From NCBI GenBank assembly GCA_049317085.1, contig JBMOIY010000001.1:1-60860 (forward strand): 60,860 bases of DNA, given 5' to 3'. The notes under the pieces were generated by a model. That model saw nothing but the letters and a program-made list of their open reading frames with translations. It did no database searches and was not told the origin of the DNA. Both the position numbers and the translations under genes were made by a program. Within the stretch, counting starts at the first letter, position 1. Each line of letters begins with the position of its first letter. Positions 10,784 through 19,873 of this stretch are shown in pieces. The stretch is from Rickettsiales bacterium. GTDB lineage: Bacteria; Pseudomonadota; Alphaproteobacteria; Rickettsiales; UBA3002.

Positions 10784-10795
10784 TTTCACGCCCCA

Positions 10796-11686
10796 CTAAA
10801 AATTACTCTGCGCAATCTTTTCAGTAATATAGTTGCGGAAGACATTGATGCGTTTTGAATTTCGTAGCTCGACGGGGTAGACGTACCACGCCTCGGTGAC
10901 AGGGCCGGGGATGCTTTCCAGCACGCGGCTGACATGGCGGGTACGGTGCATGAGGTAGTCCGGCAGGGCGGCGATGCCCATACCGCGTTTCACCATGGTG
11001 CGCAGGGCGAGCAGGGAGTTGGCCTTTACATACGGAGCACGATTCGATTTGGTGCCCCCCAACTCGAACAGCCAGTTGGCTTGCGGGAAGGGTAAGGGTG
11101 TCACCGAATTATCAAACCCTAACAGGCGATGGTCGGCCAGATCTTCGATGGATGCAGGAACGCCGTGGATGCGCAGGTAATCGTTCGAAGCATAGAGAGA
11201 ATTCTGGAGTTGCATCATCGGTATCTGGACGAGGTCCGGATGTTTGGTTGGCTGGAAGCGGATGGCGGCGTCGGCTTGACGGGTGGTAAGGTCGAGCTCA
11301 CGGTCCTCGCAGATGAGGGTTACCTGGATATCGGGATAAAGCTCGCAATATTCTTTCATTTGTGAGGCGAGCCAGAGTGTACCGAAGGTTGCAGGTACAG
11401 TAAGGGTGAAGGGGCCTTTGGGTTTCAGTGTCGCTTCGGCGAGGGAAATTTCGGTCGCTTCGAGTTTAATAACCATGTCGCAGACAGTGCGGAATAATAT
11501 CTCGCCATGCTCGGTGAGTACGAGGCCGCGTGCGTGGCGGTGGAAGAGGGGGGTCCCCATTTTTTCTTCCAGTGAGGATATCTGGCGGCTAACAGCAGAC
11601 TGGCTGAGATTCAATGCTTCGCCAGCGCGCGTCAGGCTTTTATGAAGCCCTACCGTGTGAAACACCCTGAGTTTGTCCCAATCCAT
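10796..11686 (-). CDS. LysR-family transcriptional regulator
   Basis: 296 aa with an N-terminal wHTH (LRVFHTVGLHKSLTRAGEALNLSQSAVSRQISSLE). Confidence 0.85.
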   Translation of the reverse strand: MDWDKLRVFHTVGLHKSLTRAGEALNLSQSAVSRQISSLEEKMGTPLFHRHARGLVLTEHGEILFRTVCDMVIKLEATEISLAEATLKPKGPFTLTVPATFGTLWLASQMKEYCELYPDIQVTLICEDRELDLTTRQADAAIRFQPTKHPDLVQIPMMQLQNSLYASNDYLRIHGVPASIEDLADHRLLGFDNSVTPLPFPQANWLFELGGTKSNRAPYVKANSLLALRTMVKRGMGIAALPDYLMHRTRHVSRVLESIPGPVTEAWYVYPVELRNSKRINVFRNYITEKIAQSNF

Positions 11687-11774
11687 CGGTTTCAGTAACT
11701 ATCATATTGCGGTGCGGGAAGCAAGCTGTACGCCTGACTTATACGTACGGCTAAGTCGCTTCTGGCTAATTATC

Positions 11775-11972
11775 TTAGCGCATCATGATGAGGAAGGCAT
11801 TGCTGCGGGTGACCGCGGAACTAGGGGCGGTGATGGTATCCCAGTCGATTGCGGCGATTTGTTGGTGCTGTAAGGGGCTATCCTTAGCGGCAGTGGTTGA
11901 TGTGTTAGCACAGCCGCTGCACATCATCATTGCAGCGCATGCTCCCAGCAGGGTAAGCATCGATCGGCGCAT
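11775..11972 (-). CDS. Small putative lipoprotein
   Basis: MRRSMLTLLGACAAMMMCSGC is a lipobox-like signal. GGAG lies 6 nt upstream of ATG 11972. No homology was recognised. Confidence 0.35.
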   Translation of the reverse strand: MRRSMLTLLGACAAMMMCSGCANTSTTAAKDSPLQHQQIAAIDWDTITAPSSAVTRSNAFLIMMR

Positions 11973-12219
11973 GTTACACTCCATCCTCAGTTTTTTATGG
12001 CGCTGTAGTGCAGTGCCTTATGGGATGTATGCGTGATGTGCCGACGAATGAGGAGCACCGGTTTTGCAACCGACGCATGCACGGGGCGCAAGGCTTCGGT
12101 AAAAATGTTTATATATCAATTATATGCTGAGCGGGTGTTGCGCTTGCTTATGTGTTTATGTCGCAGACGCTAGTGGGTTCGCTGACTCCACCGCGGCATG
12201 CTACCTCTATAGCCTCTCC

Positions 12220-12762
12220 CTATTTGGGGCTTAGTTTCCTGAATCCGATAACCAGTTCACCAACTTTGAAGCCGAATTTGCGCATTTCTGTGCGGTTGAT
12301 AACGTGGTTATCATCGATGCGATAGAGCCAGTCATCCATTTTCACTTCGATGGTTTTGCCATCGTGCGGCACTTGCAGTGTGTATTTCATGTTCACGGCG
12401 TTGCCATATTGCTGGCCAATACCTTCGCCGGTCACATCGTCTGCAGTACCGATGAAATGATGGTCATCACTCACGCGGAAACGCCAGAGGCGTGTTTTCT
12501 TCTCACCGCTGGTGTAGGTGAATTCTTCGGCGAGTGTGCCGTCGTTGCCGTTCCAGCTACCTTTCATTTTTACAAAGAATTGCGGCTCTGCGCTGCCGTC
12601 GCGGTTAATGAGTACGCCCCAGGCTTCAAGATCGCCATTCAAATATTCGCGAATATCGAACATGGGTTTGTTGCTGCTGTATTGTTTTATGTCCACCTCC
12701 GAGCAGCTGGTAAGACAGAACAGGGTAGTCGCGAGCAGTGCGGTAAGGCGTTTCATGGTCAT
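12220..12762 (-). CDS. DUF3833-family lipoprotein
   Basis: 180 aa with a lipobox (LTSC). The FDIREYLNGDLEAWGVL...DDWLY pattern is typical of DUF3833 genes in cfa-like clusters. Confidence 0.7.
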   Translation of the reverse strand: MTMKRLTALLATTLFCLTSCSEVDIKQYSSNKPMFDIREYLNGDLEAWGVLINRDGSAEPQFFVKMKGSWNGNDGTLAEEFTYTSGEKKTRLWRFRVSDDHHFIGTADDVTGEGIGQQYGNAVNMKYTLQVPHDGKTIEVKMDDWLYRIDDNHVINRTEMRKFGFKVGELVIGFRKLSPK

Positions 12763-13292
12763 TCTCCTGATGGGTTCAGTAATTGTTTACGCATGGTGGG
12801 TTCGGAAGTTTTTGGCGACAGCCAAATACCAAAAAAAGCTGAGGTAAATATGTTGTCAGCGATCGCACCAAGCTGTCTGCCATTATGGAAGAACAAGGTG
12901 CTACCATCAACGCGGGCGAGGGCGGTGATGCGGTCGCCTTCCTTCACATCTGGCCATAAGTTGGACAGTTTCGCAGCATAGCTGCGCAGGTTTGCTTCTG
13001 GGGCATCCGAAACACGCTGCATTTCGCTCAGTGTACGTTCAGAGAGATCCTTAGCGCTGAAATCCATGGCATAGGTAATGCTCAACGCATAGGGGGCTTT
13101 TTGCCAGCTGTTCGTATCGCTCCAGAAGCTGGCATCGTACACGTGCAGCATGAATTTGCGCAGCGTAGCGGAGCCGGTGGGGGTGGCGGCATGGATGGCC
13201 TGATTCAGCTCTGGTGGTTTTTCACCCGCCCATGCTGTGATGGGCATAAATATAAGTAAAGTGGCTAAAAATATGCGGAGATGGTTACGCAT
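12759..13292 (-). CDS. Chalcone-isomerase-like family protein (periplasmic)
   Basis: Start moved to MRNHLRIFLATLLIFMPITAWA (ATG 13292). The longer ORF start lies inside the upstream gene. Confidence 0.65.
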   Translation of the reverse strand: MRNHLRIFLATLLIFMPITAWAGEKPPELNQAIHAATPTGSATLRKFMLHVYDASFWSDTNSWQKAPYALSITYAMDFSAKDLSERTLSEMQRVSDAPEANLRSYAAKLSNLWPDVKEGDRITALARVDGSTLFFHNGRQLGAIADNIFTSAFFGIWLSPKTSEPTMRKQLLNPSGE

Positions 13293-14454
13293 GGACGACC
13301 TCGAACTGTGATACATCGGTGCGGCCGATGGCGAAGGCAGCAGCACACATGCCGAGATAATAATCCCAATTGCGCAGGAATTTTTCGTCGTAGCCGAGAC
13401 CGATAACATCGCTACGTTTGGCGCGCAGTCGCTGGCTCCATTGGCGCAATGTCTCGGCGTAATCTTTCCCGAAGCTGAAGTTATCCGTTACCTTCATGCC
13501 TGCGTTCTCGGCTTCTTGCTTGAAACGCTGGGTGGATGGCAGCATGCCGCCGGGGAAGACATAATGGCGCACGAAATCGCTGCGGGTGCGGTAGCTGGGG
13601 AATAACTCATCACGGATAGTAATGGTCTGAATCATGGCTTTGCCGCCGCGTTTCAGGCGCTCGCGTAGTTGGGAGAAATACACTGGCCAGTAGCGTTCGC
13701 CCACCGCTTCGAACATTTCAATCGAAACGATTGCATCGAAGGTGCCTTCTGTATCGCGGTAATCCTGTAGGCGGATATCGGCGGCGTTGCCCAGGCGTGC
13801 CTTGGCGTATTCATGTTGCGCTGGTGAGACGGTTAGGCCGGTGACCTGATGGGAGCGTTCGGCCGCTTGTTCAGCGAACCCTCCCCAACCGGTGCCTATC
13901 TCGAGTACCGAAGCGCGGTCATGCTCGATACGATCGAGAATGCGCTGGTATTTGTTGGTCTGTGCCACTTCCAGCGGTGCCTCATTCTCGGTGTAGAGGG
14001 CTGAGGAGTAGGTCATCGTTCTGTCGAGCCAGAGAGAGTAGAACGCGTTGCCGACGTCGTAATGTGCCTTGATATTGCGGCGGCTGCCTTCACGGTTGTT
14101 GCGGCGCAGGAACTGGTTGTTCAAGGTGAGCAAAGAACGTTGGATGGTGTTGCCGTTGGCAAACCCATCCAACGTATCAAGGTTGAGAAGAAAGAATGAG
14201 AACAGCGCTTCGATGCCGCTCGTCGTCCACAGACCGGCGATGTAATCTTCGCCCATAGCGATATCGCCGCGCTCGGCCATGCGACGGATAACGTCCCAGC
14301 TGCTGATGTTGAATTCGGCTTCCGGGCCTGGTTGTGGGCCATGAAAGGTGACGCGCTCGCCAGCGGGCGACACGAAATGCAGCGTGCCATACTGGATCTT
14401 GACGAGCGTATCGTACCAGCGATGGATCACGACCGAATTGGGAATCAGGTTCAT
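13285..14454 (-). CDS. Cyclopropane-fatty-acyl-phospholipid synthase family SAM-dependent methyltransferase
   Basis: Contains HYD.GN.FY..WLD..M.YSSA and the VLEIGTGWGG SAM motif. Start ATG 14454 overlaps the upstream TGA (ATGA). Confidence 0.85.
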   Translation of the reverse strand: MNLIPNSVVIHRWYDTLVKIQYGTLHFVSPAGERVTFHGPQPGPEAEFNISSWDVIRRMAERGDIAMGEDYIAGLWTTSGIEALFSFFLLNLDTLDGFANGNTIQRSLLTLNNQFLRRNNREGSRRNIKAHYDVGNAFYSLWLDRTMTYSSALYTENEAPLEVAQTNKYQRILDRIEHDRASVLEIGTGWGGFAEQAAERSHQVTGLTVSPAQHEYAKARLGNAADIRLQDYRDTEGTFDAIVSIEMFEAVGERYWPVYFSQLRERLKRGGKAMIQTITIRDELFPSYRTRSDFVRHYVFPGGMLPSTQRFKQEAENAGMKVTDNFSFGKDYAETLRQWSQRLRAKRSDVIGLGYDEKFLRNWDYYLGMCAAAFAIGRTDVSQFEVVHA

Positions 14455-15212
14455 CGTGAAATCTCCGTTGTGGGTGGGGTGGGTTTGCAATGGTAACGCA
14501 CGCCTTTGAGGAAAAGACGCAATGCCTGATAATGAATCAATGCGATAACTTTGAACGTGACCAGCGGGTAGCGGAAGAAACAGGCAAGCAAGCTGCGTGC
14601 GGTTAGTGTATGGCGCTTACCAGTGACCGACGTAGTGAGCAGCAGGCCATCCGCATCATGATGGTCGATCCAGACACCGATAGCATCCGCAGCATAGGCT
14701 ATGCGGAACTCATAATGGCCGGAGACCTCGATGAAAGGCGATACATGCATGGCTTTTTGGCTGTTGAACAAGTCATCGGCAGTGATCGGACGTTGGTCGT
14801 CATGGAACAGCAGGTAGGCATGGCGTTCGCCGAAAGTGTTAGTAACATCGGCCAGCATCGCGCGCAGTGTCCCTAACTTATCCAGGCAGAACCAAAAGCT
14901 TACTGGGTTGAAGGCATATCCCAGGATGCGCGGCATGGTCATCAACACAATCTCGCCATCGGCGGAGGTGATGTGATAGCGACTGAGAAGACTGCGCATC
15001 CATGCTTCGGGTATTTCGCCGCGGCCATAATCATGGGCGCGCAAGCTGAAGAGGTTGAAGTGCTCGAGCCCGAAAAAGCGCAGGCGATGCAGGGCCGACC
15101 ATTGCGACAGCGCAAGGCAGAGATAATAGACGCGGTAGCGAAACGCATTCTTCGCCGGGCGTTGCCGGGCGTGCGCGACCGTTGCTTCAAGCCATGTATG
15201 CGTTAGTGCCAT
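14451..15212 (-). CDS. DUF1365-family protein
   Basis: 253 aa with the H.R..P..N.FRYRVYYL pattern. It is a usual partner of cfa-like and FAD-oxidoreductase genes. Confidence 0.75.
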   Translation of the reverse strand: MALTHTWLEATVAHARQRPAKNAFRYRVYYLCLALSQWSALHRLRFFGLEHFNLFSLRAHDYGRGEIPEAWMRSLLSRYHITSADGEIVLMTMPRILGYAFNPVSFWFCLDKLGTLRAMLADVTNTFGERHAYLLFHDDQRPITADDLFNSQKAMHVSPFIEVSGHYEFRIAYAADAIGVWIDHHDADGLLLTTSVTGKRHTLTARSLLACFFRYPLVTFKVIALIHYQALRLFLKGVRYHCKPTPPTTEISR

Positions 15213-16495
15213 GGAATCGGAGCCCCCATTGCCGTTGCGACCTTGACGGCGCTGAGCAGGCCGTCTTCGTGGAAGCCATAACGTGTATAAGCGCCGCAGA
15301 ACCAGCTATTATTTTTACCCTGGATGCTCGGGAGGCGCGCTTGCGCTGCAAGAGTATCGCGCGTGAAAATCGGGTGTTCGAATTCGTGGCGGTTGAAGGT
15401 CAGTGCTTCGGGGATAGGCTGGGCAGGGTTGAGCGTGACAAATAACGGATAGCGTTGATCGATTGATTGTAACAGGTTCATCCAATAGGTAACGCCGATG
15501 CCATGGGCGCGTTCGCGCGCTTCGCCGGGTGTGCCGGTATGGTAGACCCAGCTCGCCCAGCAGCGGCGACGTTTGGGCATGACAGATGTGTCGCGATGAA
15601 GATAAGCACTATTTTTCTGGTAGTGGAACGCACCGAGAATCTCTCGCTCCTCGGTGCTTGCATCGTTTAATATGGCCAATGTTTCATTGGCATGGCTGGC
15701 GAATACTACCTGATCATAAGTCTCTGTCTGACCGGTGCTGTCTAGAATAGACACACCATCAGCATGGCGCGTAACTGACTGTACTGCGCAATTGGTGCGT
15801 ATGCGATCATGGAACGGTTCTGTAATTTTTTTAATATACTCCTGGGATCCTCCTGTCACCGTATACCATTGATGCTGGCCATTTAGTGATAGCAGGCCAT
15901 GATTCTTGAAGAACTGTACAAAGGTGGCGGCGGGAAAATTGAGCATGCTCTCAGGTGCGCAGCTCCAGATCGCACCACCCATCGGCAGGAGGTAGTAATC
16001 CATGAAACCCTTGCCCAGCTTGAGATGGGTGATGAGGTCGCGCAATGTCATTTCAGGGTAGCGTCTCACCGCCTCGAGCGCGCGGGAGTTGAAACGCAAT
16101 ACATCGCGGATCATGCTATAGAATGCTGGATTAAATAAATGTGAGCGCTGGCCGAAAATACTGTTCAGTGTGCGCGCGCTCCACTCAAATTTTCCGCTGG
16201 CAACGGTAATAGCAAAGCTCATATCGCTTTTTTGCACTTTAACGTTGAGATGACGGAAGAGACCGAGCAGGTTGGGGTAGTTGGGCTCATTATACACGAT
16301 GAATCCGGTATCAACCGCGATGGGGACATTCCCATAATCGATTGTGAGGGTGCGTGTGTGACCACCGATGCGCGCAGATTTCTCATAGACGGTGACGCGA
16401 TGACCGGCCTGTTGCAGCAAGTATGCTGACGCCATGCCTGAGATGCCGGTGCCGATAATGGCAATGTTATGCACGCTAAACTCCTTCTTGTGCAA
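15203..16495 (-). CDS. FAD-dependent oxidoreductase (amine-oxidase/desaturase-like)
   Basis: 430 aa with an N-terminal IAIIGTGISGMASAY...YEK..R.GGH dinucleotide-binding motif. Confidence 0.85.
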   Translation of the reverse strand: MHKKEFSVHNIAIIGTGISGMASAYLLQQAGHRVTVYEKSARIGGHTRTLTIDYGNVPIAVDTGFIVYNEPNYPNLLGLFRHLNVKVQKSDMSFAITVASGKFEWSARTLNSIFGQRSHLFNPAFYSMIRDVLRFNSRALEAVRRYPEMTLRDLITHLKLGKGFMDYYLLPMGGAIWSCAPESMLNFPAATFVQFFKNHGLLSLNGQHQWYTVTGGSQEYIKKITEPFHDRIRTNCAVQSVTRHADGVSILDSTGQTETYDQVVFASHANETLAILNDASTEEREILGAFHYQKNSAYLHRDTSVMPKRRRCWASWVYHTGTPGEARERAHGIGVTYWMNLLQSIDQRYPLFVTLNPAQPIPEALTFNRHEFEHPIFTRDTLAAQARLPSIQGKNNSWFCGAYTRYGFHEDGLLSAVKVATAMGAPIPWH

Positions 16496-16534
16496 CTAGA
16501 CAGTAAGCTTGGTTCATGTTAATCATACTGATCA

Positions 16535-16562
16535 GTCTATAATAATAGACCAGTTAGTCTAT
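16535..16562. promoter_or_regulatory. Overlapping palindromes, candidate TetR operator
   Basis: GTCTAT-AATA-ATAGAC-CAGTTA-GTCTAT lies in the divergent region between the oxidoreductase operon and the TetR gene. Confidence 0.3.
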
Positions 16563-16589
16563 TTTGTATCAAGAGTCAATGAGGTTCCA

Positions 16590-17237
16590 ATGCGTCCTGC
16601 CGCCGTACGCAATATCAATGCTCGCAAGGGTGAGGCTATCCTTCATGCGGCAGCATTGCTATTCCCGAAGCTCGGATTCGAGAAAACGACCATGGATGAT
16701 ATTGCGCTGGCTGCGGGTGTCACCAAGCAAACAGTGTATTCGCATTACCGGAGCAAGGAACTGCTGTTTACCAAGATGATCGACAATCTTTGCCAGCGCG
16801 CCATTCACTCACAGCCAGTGGCTGGAATCAAAAGCAAGCCGTTTGAAATATTGCTGCTCAATGTGGGAATGAAGGTACTCGACCTTATCACCAGTGCGGA
16901 TGGGATGGCGGTGACGCGACTGGTGATCGCGGAAGCGGCGCGCTATCCCAAACTGGCCAGGCTTTATTATGAATCGGGTACGCAGCGCATTATGCAATTG
17001 CTGGCCGAATTCCTTGATGGGCAGAACGCGCGAGGGGTGATTTCAATCCCGGATACGCAGAGTGCTGCTGCCTATTTCTTTGCGATGCTGAAAGGCCAGT
17101 ATTTCCTTCGCATGACGCTTGGGGTGCCGCCAATACCATCGGCCAGTGCCAAGCGCGCGCATGTGAAAGAAGTGGTGGTGCTTTTCATGCGGGTCTATGG
17201 CGGCAAGAATCCACTACACACCAAAAGTAGCTTGTAG
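16590..17237 (+). CDS. TetR/AcrR-family transcriptional regulator
   Basis: Start moved to ATG 16590, with GAGG 5 nt upstream. The HTH is FEKTTMDDIALAAGVTKQTVYSHY. Confidence 0.85.
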   Translation: MRPAAVRNINARKGEAILHAAALLFPKLGFEKTTMDDIALAAGVTKQTVYSHYRSKELLFTKMIDNLCQRAIHSQPVAGIKSKPFEILLLNVGMKVLDLITSADGMAVTRLVIAEAARYPKLARLYYESGTQRIMQLLAEFLDGQNARGVISIPDTQSAAAYFFAMLKGQYFLRMTLGVPPIPSASAKRAHVKEVVVLFMRVYGGKNPLHTKSSL

Positions 17238-17246
17238 GAATACGTC

Positions 17247-18083
17247 ATGACACGTTTGCTTGTTGCATGTTTTTCATTGCTTGCATTGTCGGCTTGTTCC
17301 AAAGCTAGCCTGTTGAATGCGACTATCACGCGCGATGGATATGCTGTGAAACGCGATTTTGCTTACGGTGAAAATCCACGGCAGCGTTTTGATCTGTATA
17401 TTCCTCATGGTGTGACCAAGGCGCCCGTGATCGTTTTCTATTATGGTGGCAGTTGGCAGAGCGGCTCGAAGGATGATTATCGCTTCCTCGGCCAGGCATT
17501 CGCCGAGAAAGGTTTCATCACCGCCGTTGCTGATTATCGGCTTTATCCTGAAGTGAAGTTTCCTGAGTTCATAGAGGATGGAGCGCGGGCATTTGCCTAT
17601 ATCCATGCCCATGCGGACGCGTGGGGTGGTGATCCTGCGCGTGTGTATGTAGCTGGCCATTCCGCAGGTGCCTATATTGCGATGATGGTTGGTGCTGATC
17701 CGCAGTATGTTGCCGCCACAGGCGGGCAACGGTCGGATGTGCGGGGGATTATTGGAATCGCTGGGCCGTATGATTTCCTGCCCTTCACGGATGATGACAT
17801 CCAAGCAATATTCAGCACAGCTTCAGACGCCGCCACCCAGCCCATCAACCATCTCATTTCACCAATGCCGCCGGTATTCTTAGCGTCGGGCAATAGCGAT
17901 GATGTGGTCGATCCGCGTAACAGCCTGCGTGTGGAGGCCAAGTTGAAATCCATGGAGAGTAAGGTCGTAGCGTATCACTATCCCGATACCGGGCATATCG
18001 GCATTATTCTCTCACTCGCGCAGGGTTTCCGTGGTCGCACCAGTTTGCTTGAGGATGTTGCTGATTTCATCACGCAGCATTGA
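17247..18083 (+). CDS. Alpha/beta hydrolase (esterase/lipase-like lipoprotein)
   Basis: 278 aa with a lipobox (LALSAC), an HGGSW-like YYGGSW segment and the GHSAGA nucleophile elbow. Confidence 0.8.
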   Translation: MTRLLVACFSLLALSACSKASLLNATITRDGYAVKRDFAYGENPRQRFDLYIPHGVTKAPVIVFYYGGSWQSGSKDDYRFLGQAFAEKGFITAVADYRLYPEVKFPEFIEDGARAFAYIHAHADAWGGDPARVYVAGHSAGAYIAMMVGADPQYVAATGGQRSDVRGIIGIAGPYDFLPFTDDDIQAIFSTASDAATQPINHLISPMPPVFLASGNSDDVVDPRNSLRVEAKLKSMESKVVAYHYPDTGHIGIILSLAQGFRGRTSLLEDVADFITQH

Positions 18084-18192
18084 GCGAGTTGATGAAGGCT
18101 CATTCGGGTGGATTCACGCTGCATGCGCACCTGGTGTAGCTACATGTGCTACTTGAGGAAAAGGTGGTGTGTGCAGTTATCGACGTTCCGTG

Positions 18193-19377
18193 TTATCTCA
18201 CGCGACGGGTTTTAGAGATATTAACTGCCATCGCTTGTGAAAAGGATGAATTCAAATCTTCAATACCTTTTCTGTAATTAGGCGATAACGCTGCAATTTC
18301 AGGGGCGAGTAATTTTTCCGAGGTTTTTAAACAACCGAGAGCGCCGCCTACAATTGCACCTACTGAATCACTGTCACCGCTATGGGTCACAGCAATTTGC
18401 AATGCTTCCTTCATACCAAGCTGATGTTTTTCAGAACAAAATAGGGTTGCTATACTCTGTAAGAATACGATGTTTGCAGTAAAAAGACTTTTACGTAAGC
18501 CGTGAGACTCTATAAAATGTTGCGCAAGCATATCCATATCATGCCCCGTCATGCGCAACGGCTGGCTAGCATACTTTATGGCTGCATCTATAGCATCTTT
18601 ATATAAATTTTTGTTTTCTGAATTGATATCGCTGCGAGTCTGTAATTTTTGTAGCGCTTGTTTTGCTGCGTCCGCGAATGAAATGTGCTCGTCATTTACT
18701 TTGATTGCCACAGTTTCAGCTATAAGCCCGGCTGTAATATAGGCTTGGGGGTCGCCATGTGTTATAACGGCGCTCTTCATTCCCATATCCAATGAATCGA
18801 GCCCTGTATGTGCGCACCATACCGCTAAGGGGATCACCCGCATTAAACCGCCGCAGCCATCTGAATAAGGGTAAGCTTCACCGGTCTGAGGTGGATTATC
18901 AAATGTTCCCATTTGCCGGTTTCGAGAAAGAGTTCTTAAGGTAGAAATGCCGGCGCCGCCTGTTTCACGAAATACGTCAAACTCTTTAGGCCACTTAATG
19001 TTTTTATCTCTAAACTCATCGATTACTTTGCAAAGATATTTACCATCGCGTTTCTGTTCCTCTGCCCAATAGAGAAAAGCCTGATAGATAGAGGATAAGA
19101 GAATATCTGAGAATGCACCCGAACTTAAATCTATATCAGGCGTTGCCAGTGCTTTTGCGCGGCAAATAGCCGCTATTATACAAGCGCTCATACCAGTATC
19201 ATCACTGACATCTCCCGCTTTACTCCACTGGCTGTCAATATAATGATCTACGCGCTTCGGAAACAATGCTAAAATTTCATCCGTCTTTTTTACTTCTACG
19301 CCCAACCCCAGCGCGTCCCCGACAGCAATACCCCATAAAGCATTTTGCATTTGCGATGTTAACTTTTTTTTGTTCAC
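18193..19377 (-). CDS. ADP-ribosylglycohydrolase family protein
   Basis: Contains GIAVGDALG, SDDT, CGGLMR, THGDP and GDSDSVGAIVGGALG motifs in canonical order. The DNA is visibly AT-rich. The start may instead be ATG 19350. Confidence 0.8.
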   Translation of the reverse strand: MNKKKLTSQMQNALWGIAVGDALGLGVEVKKTDEILALFPKRVDHYIDSQWSKAGDVSDDTGMSACIIAAICRAKALATPDIDLSSGAFSDILLSSIYQAFLYWAEEQKRDGKYLCKVIDEFRDKNIKWPKEFDVFRETGGAGISTLRTLSRNRQMGTFDNPPQTGEAYPYSDGCGGLMRVIPLAVWCAHTGLDSLDMGMKSAVITHGDPQAYITAGLIAETVAIKVNDEHISFADAAKQALQKLQTRSDINSENKNLYKDAIDAAIKYASQPLRMTGHDMDMLAQHFIESHGLRKSLFTANIVFLQSIATLFCSEKHQLGMKEALQIAVTHSGDSDSVGAIVGGALGCLKTSEKLLAPEIAALSPNYRKGIEDLNSSFSQAMAVNISKTRRVR

Positions 19378-19471
19378 AGCTATTCCAGTTGATTCGTTTC
19401 GTCTTGTTCGAATAACGCATTTTTTGAATAAAAAAAAGCTAAGTATTCAACCGCCTCATCGTTCAGGTACG

Positions 19472-19657
19472 CTAGGCAGTACGCAGGCGAACGCCAAGCT
19501 CGTTCGCCTCCTTCAGGATGGTCGAGAACTCAGGGTTGCCCTCCGCGCTCAGCTCACGGTAGATGCCTTCACGCGTTAGTCCTGCCTTCTTCGCCACCTT
19601 GCTCATGCCGCGTGCGCGCGCCTCGACGCCGAAGGCATGCACGATTAAATATTCTAA
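19472..19657 (-). pseudogene. HigA-like addiction-module antidote, C-terminal remnant
   Basis: Translation reads ...EYLIVHAFGVEARARGMSKVAKKAGLTREGIYRELSAEGNPEFSTILKEANELGVRLRTA*. The N-terminal roughly 35-40 aa are missing, with a TAA immediately upstream in frame. No toxin gene is adjacent. Confidence 0.5.
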
Positions 19658-19873
19658 GCCTTAGGTTCTAATCCACCGACTTTCAGTCGGTAAAGTGGAC
19701 CTTGGTTTTTCATTTAACAATGACATCGAGCAGGCAAGCGGCGGGAACGCCTACGGCGAGGAGCAACAGTTCCTGCCGAAATGCTGCTTTGGATACAAAT
19801 GCAGCTTTCAATCCATCGTAGGAATAGCATAAGGCTTTGATCAGTCGGGGTAGTCCGGTGGGTTTCTTCTCGG

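Noticed and set aside
11738-11755. CTTATACGTACGGCTAAG as a LysR T-N11-A box upstream of the LysR gene
   Set aside because: It fits the loose consensus, but such matches are frequent by chance. There is no second site and no divergent target gene to support it.
19661-19692. A tRNA-like hairpin, TCCACCGACTTTCAGTCGGTAAAGTGGA, with a 7-nt loop and a nearby GGTTCTAATCC T-loop-like string
   Set aside because: No acceptor, D or correctly placed T arm can be built on either strand. The T-loop-like string lies 5' of the putative anticodon arm. It is at most a fragment or an unrelated hairpin.
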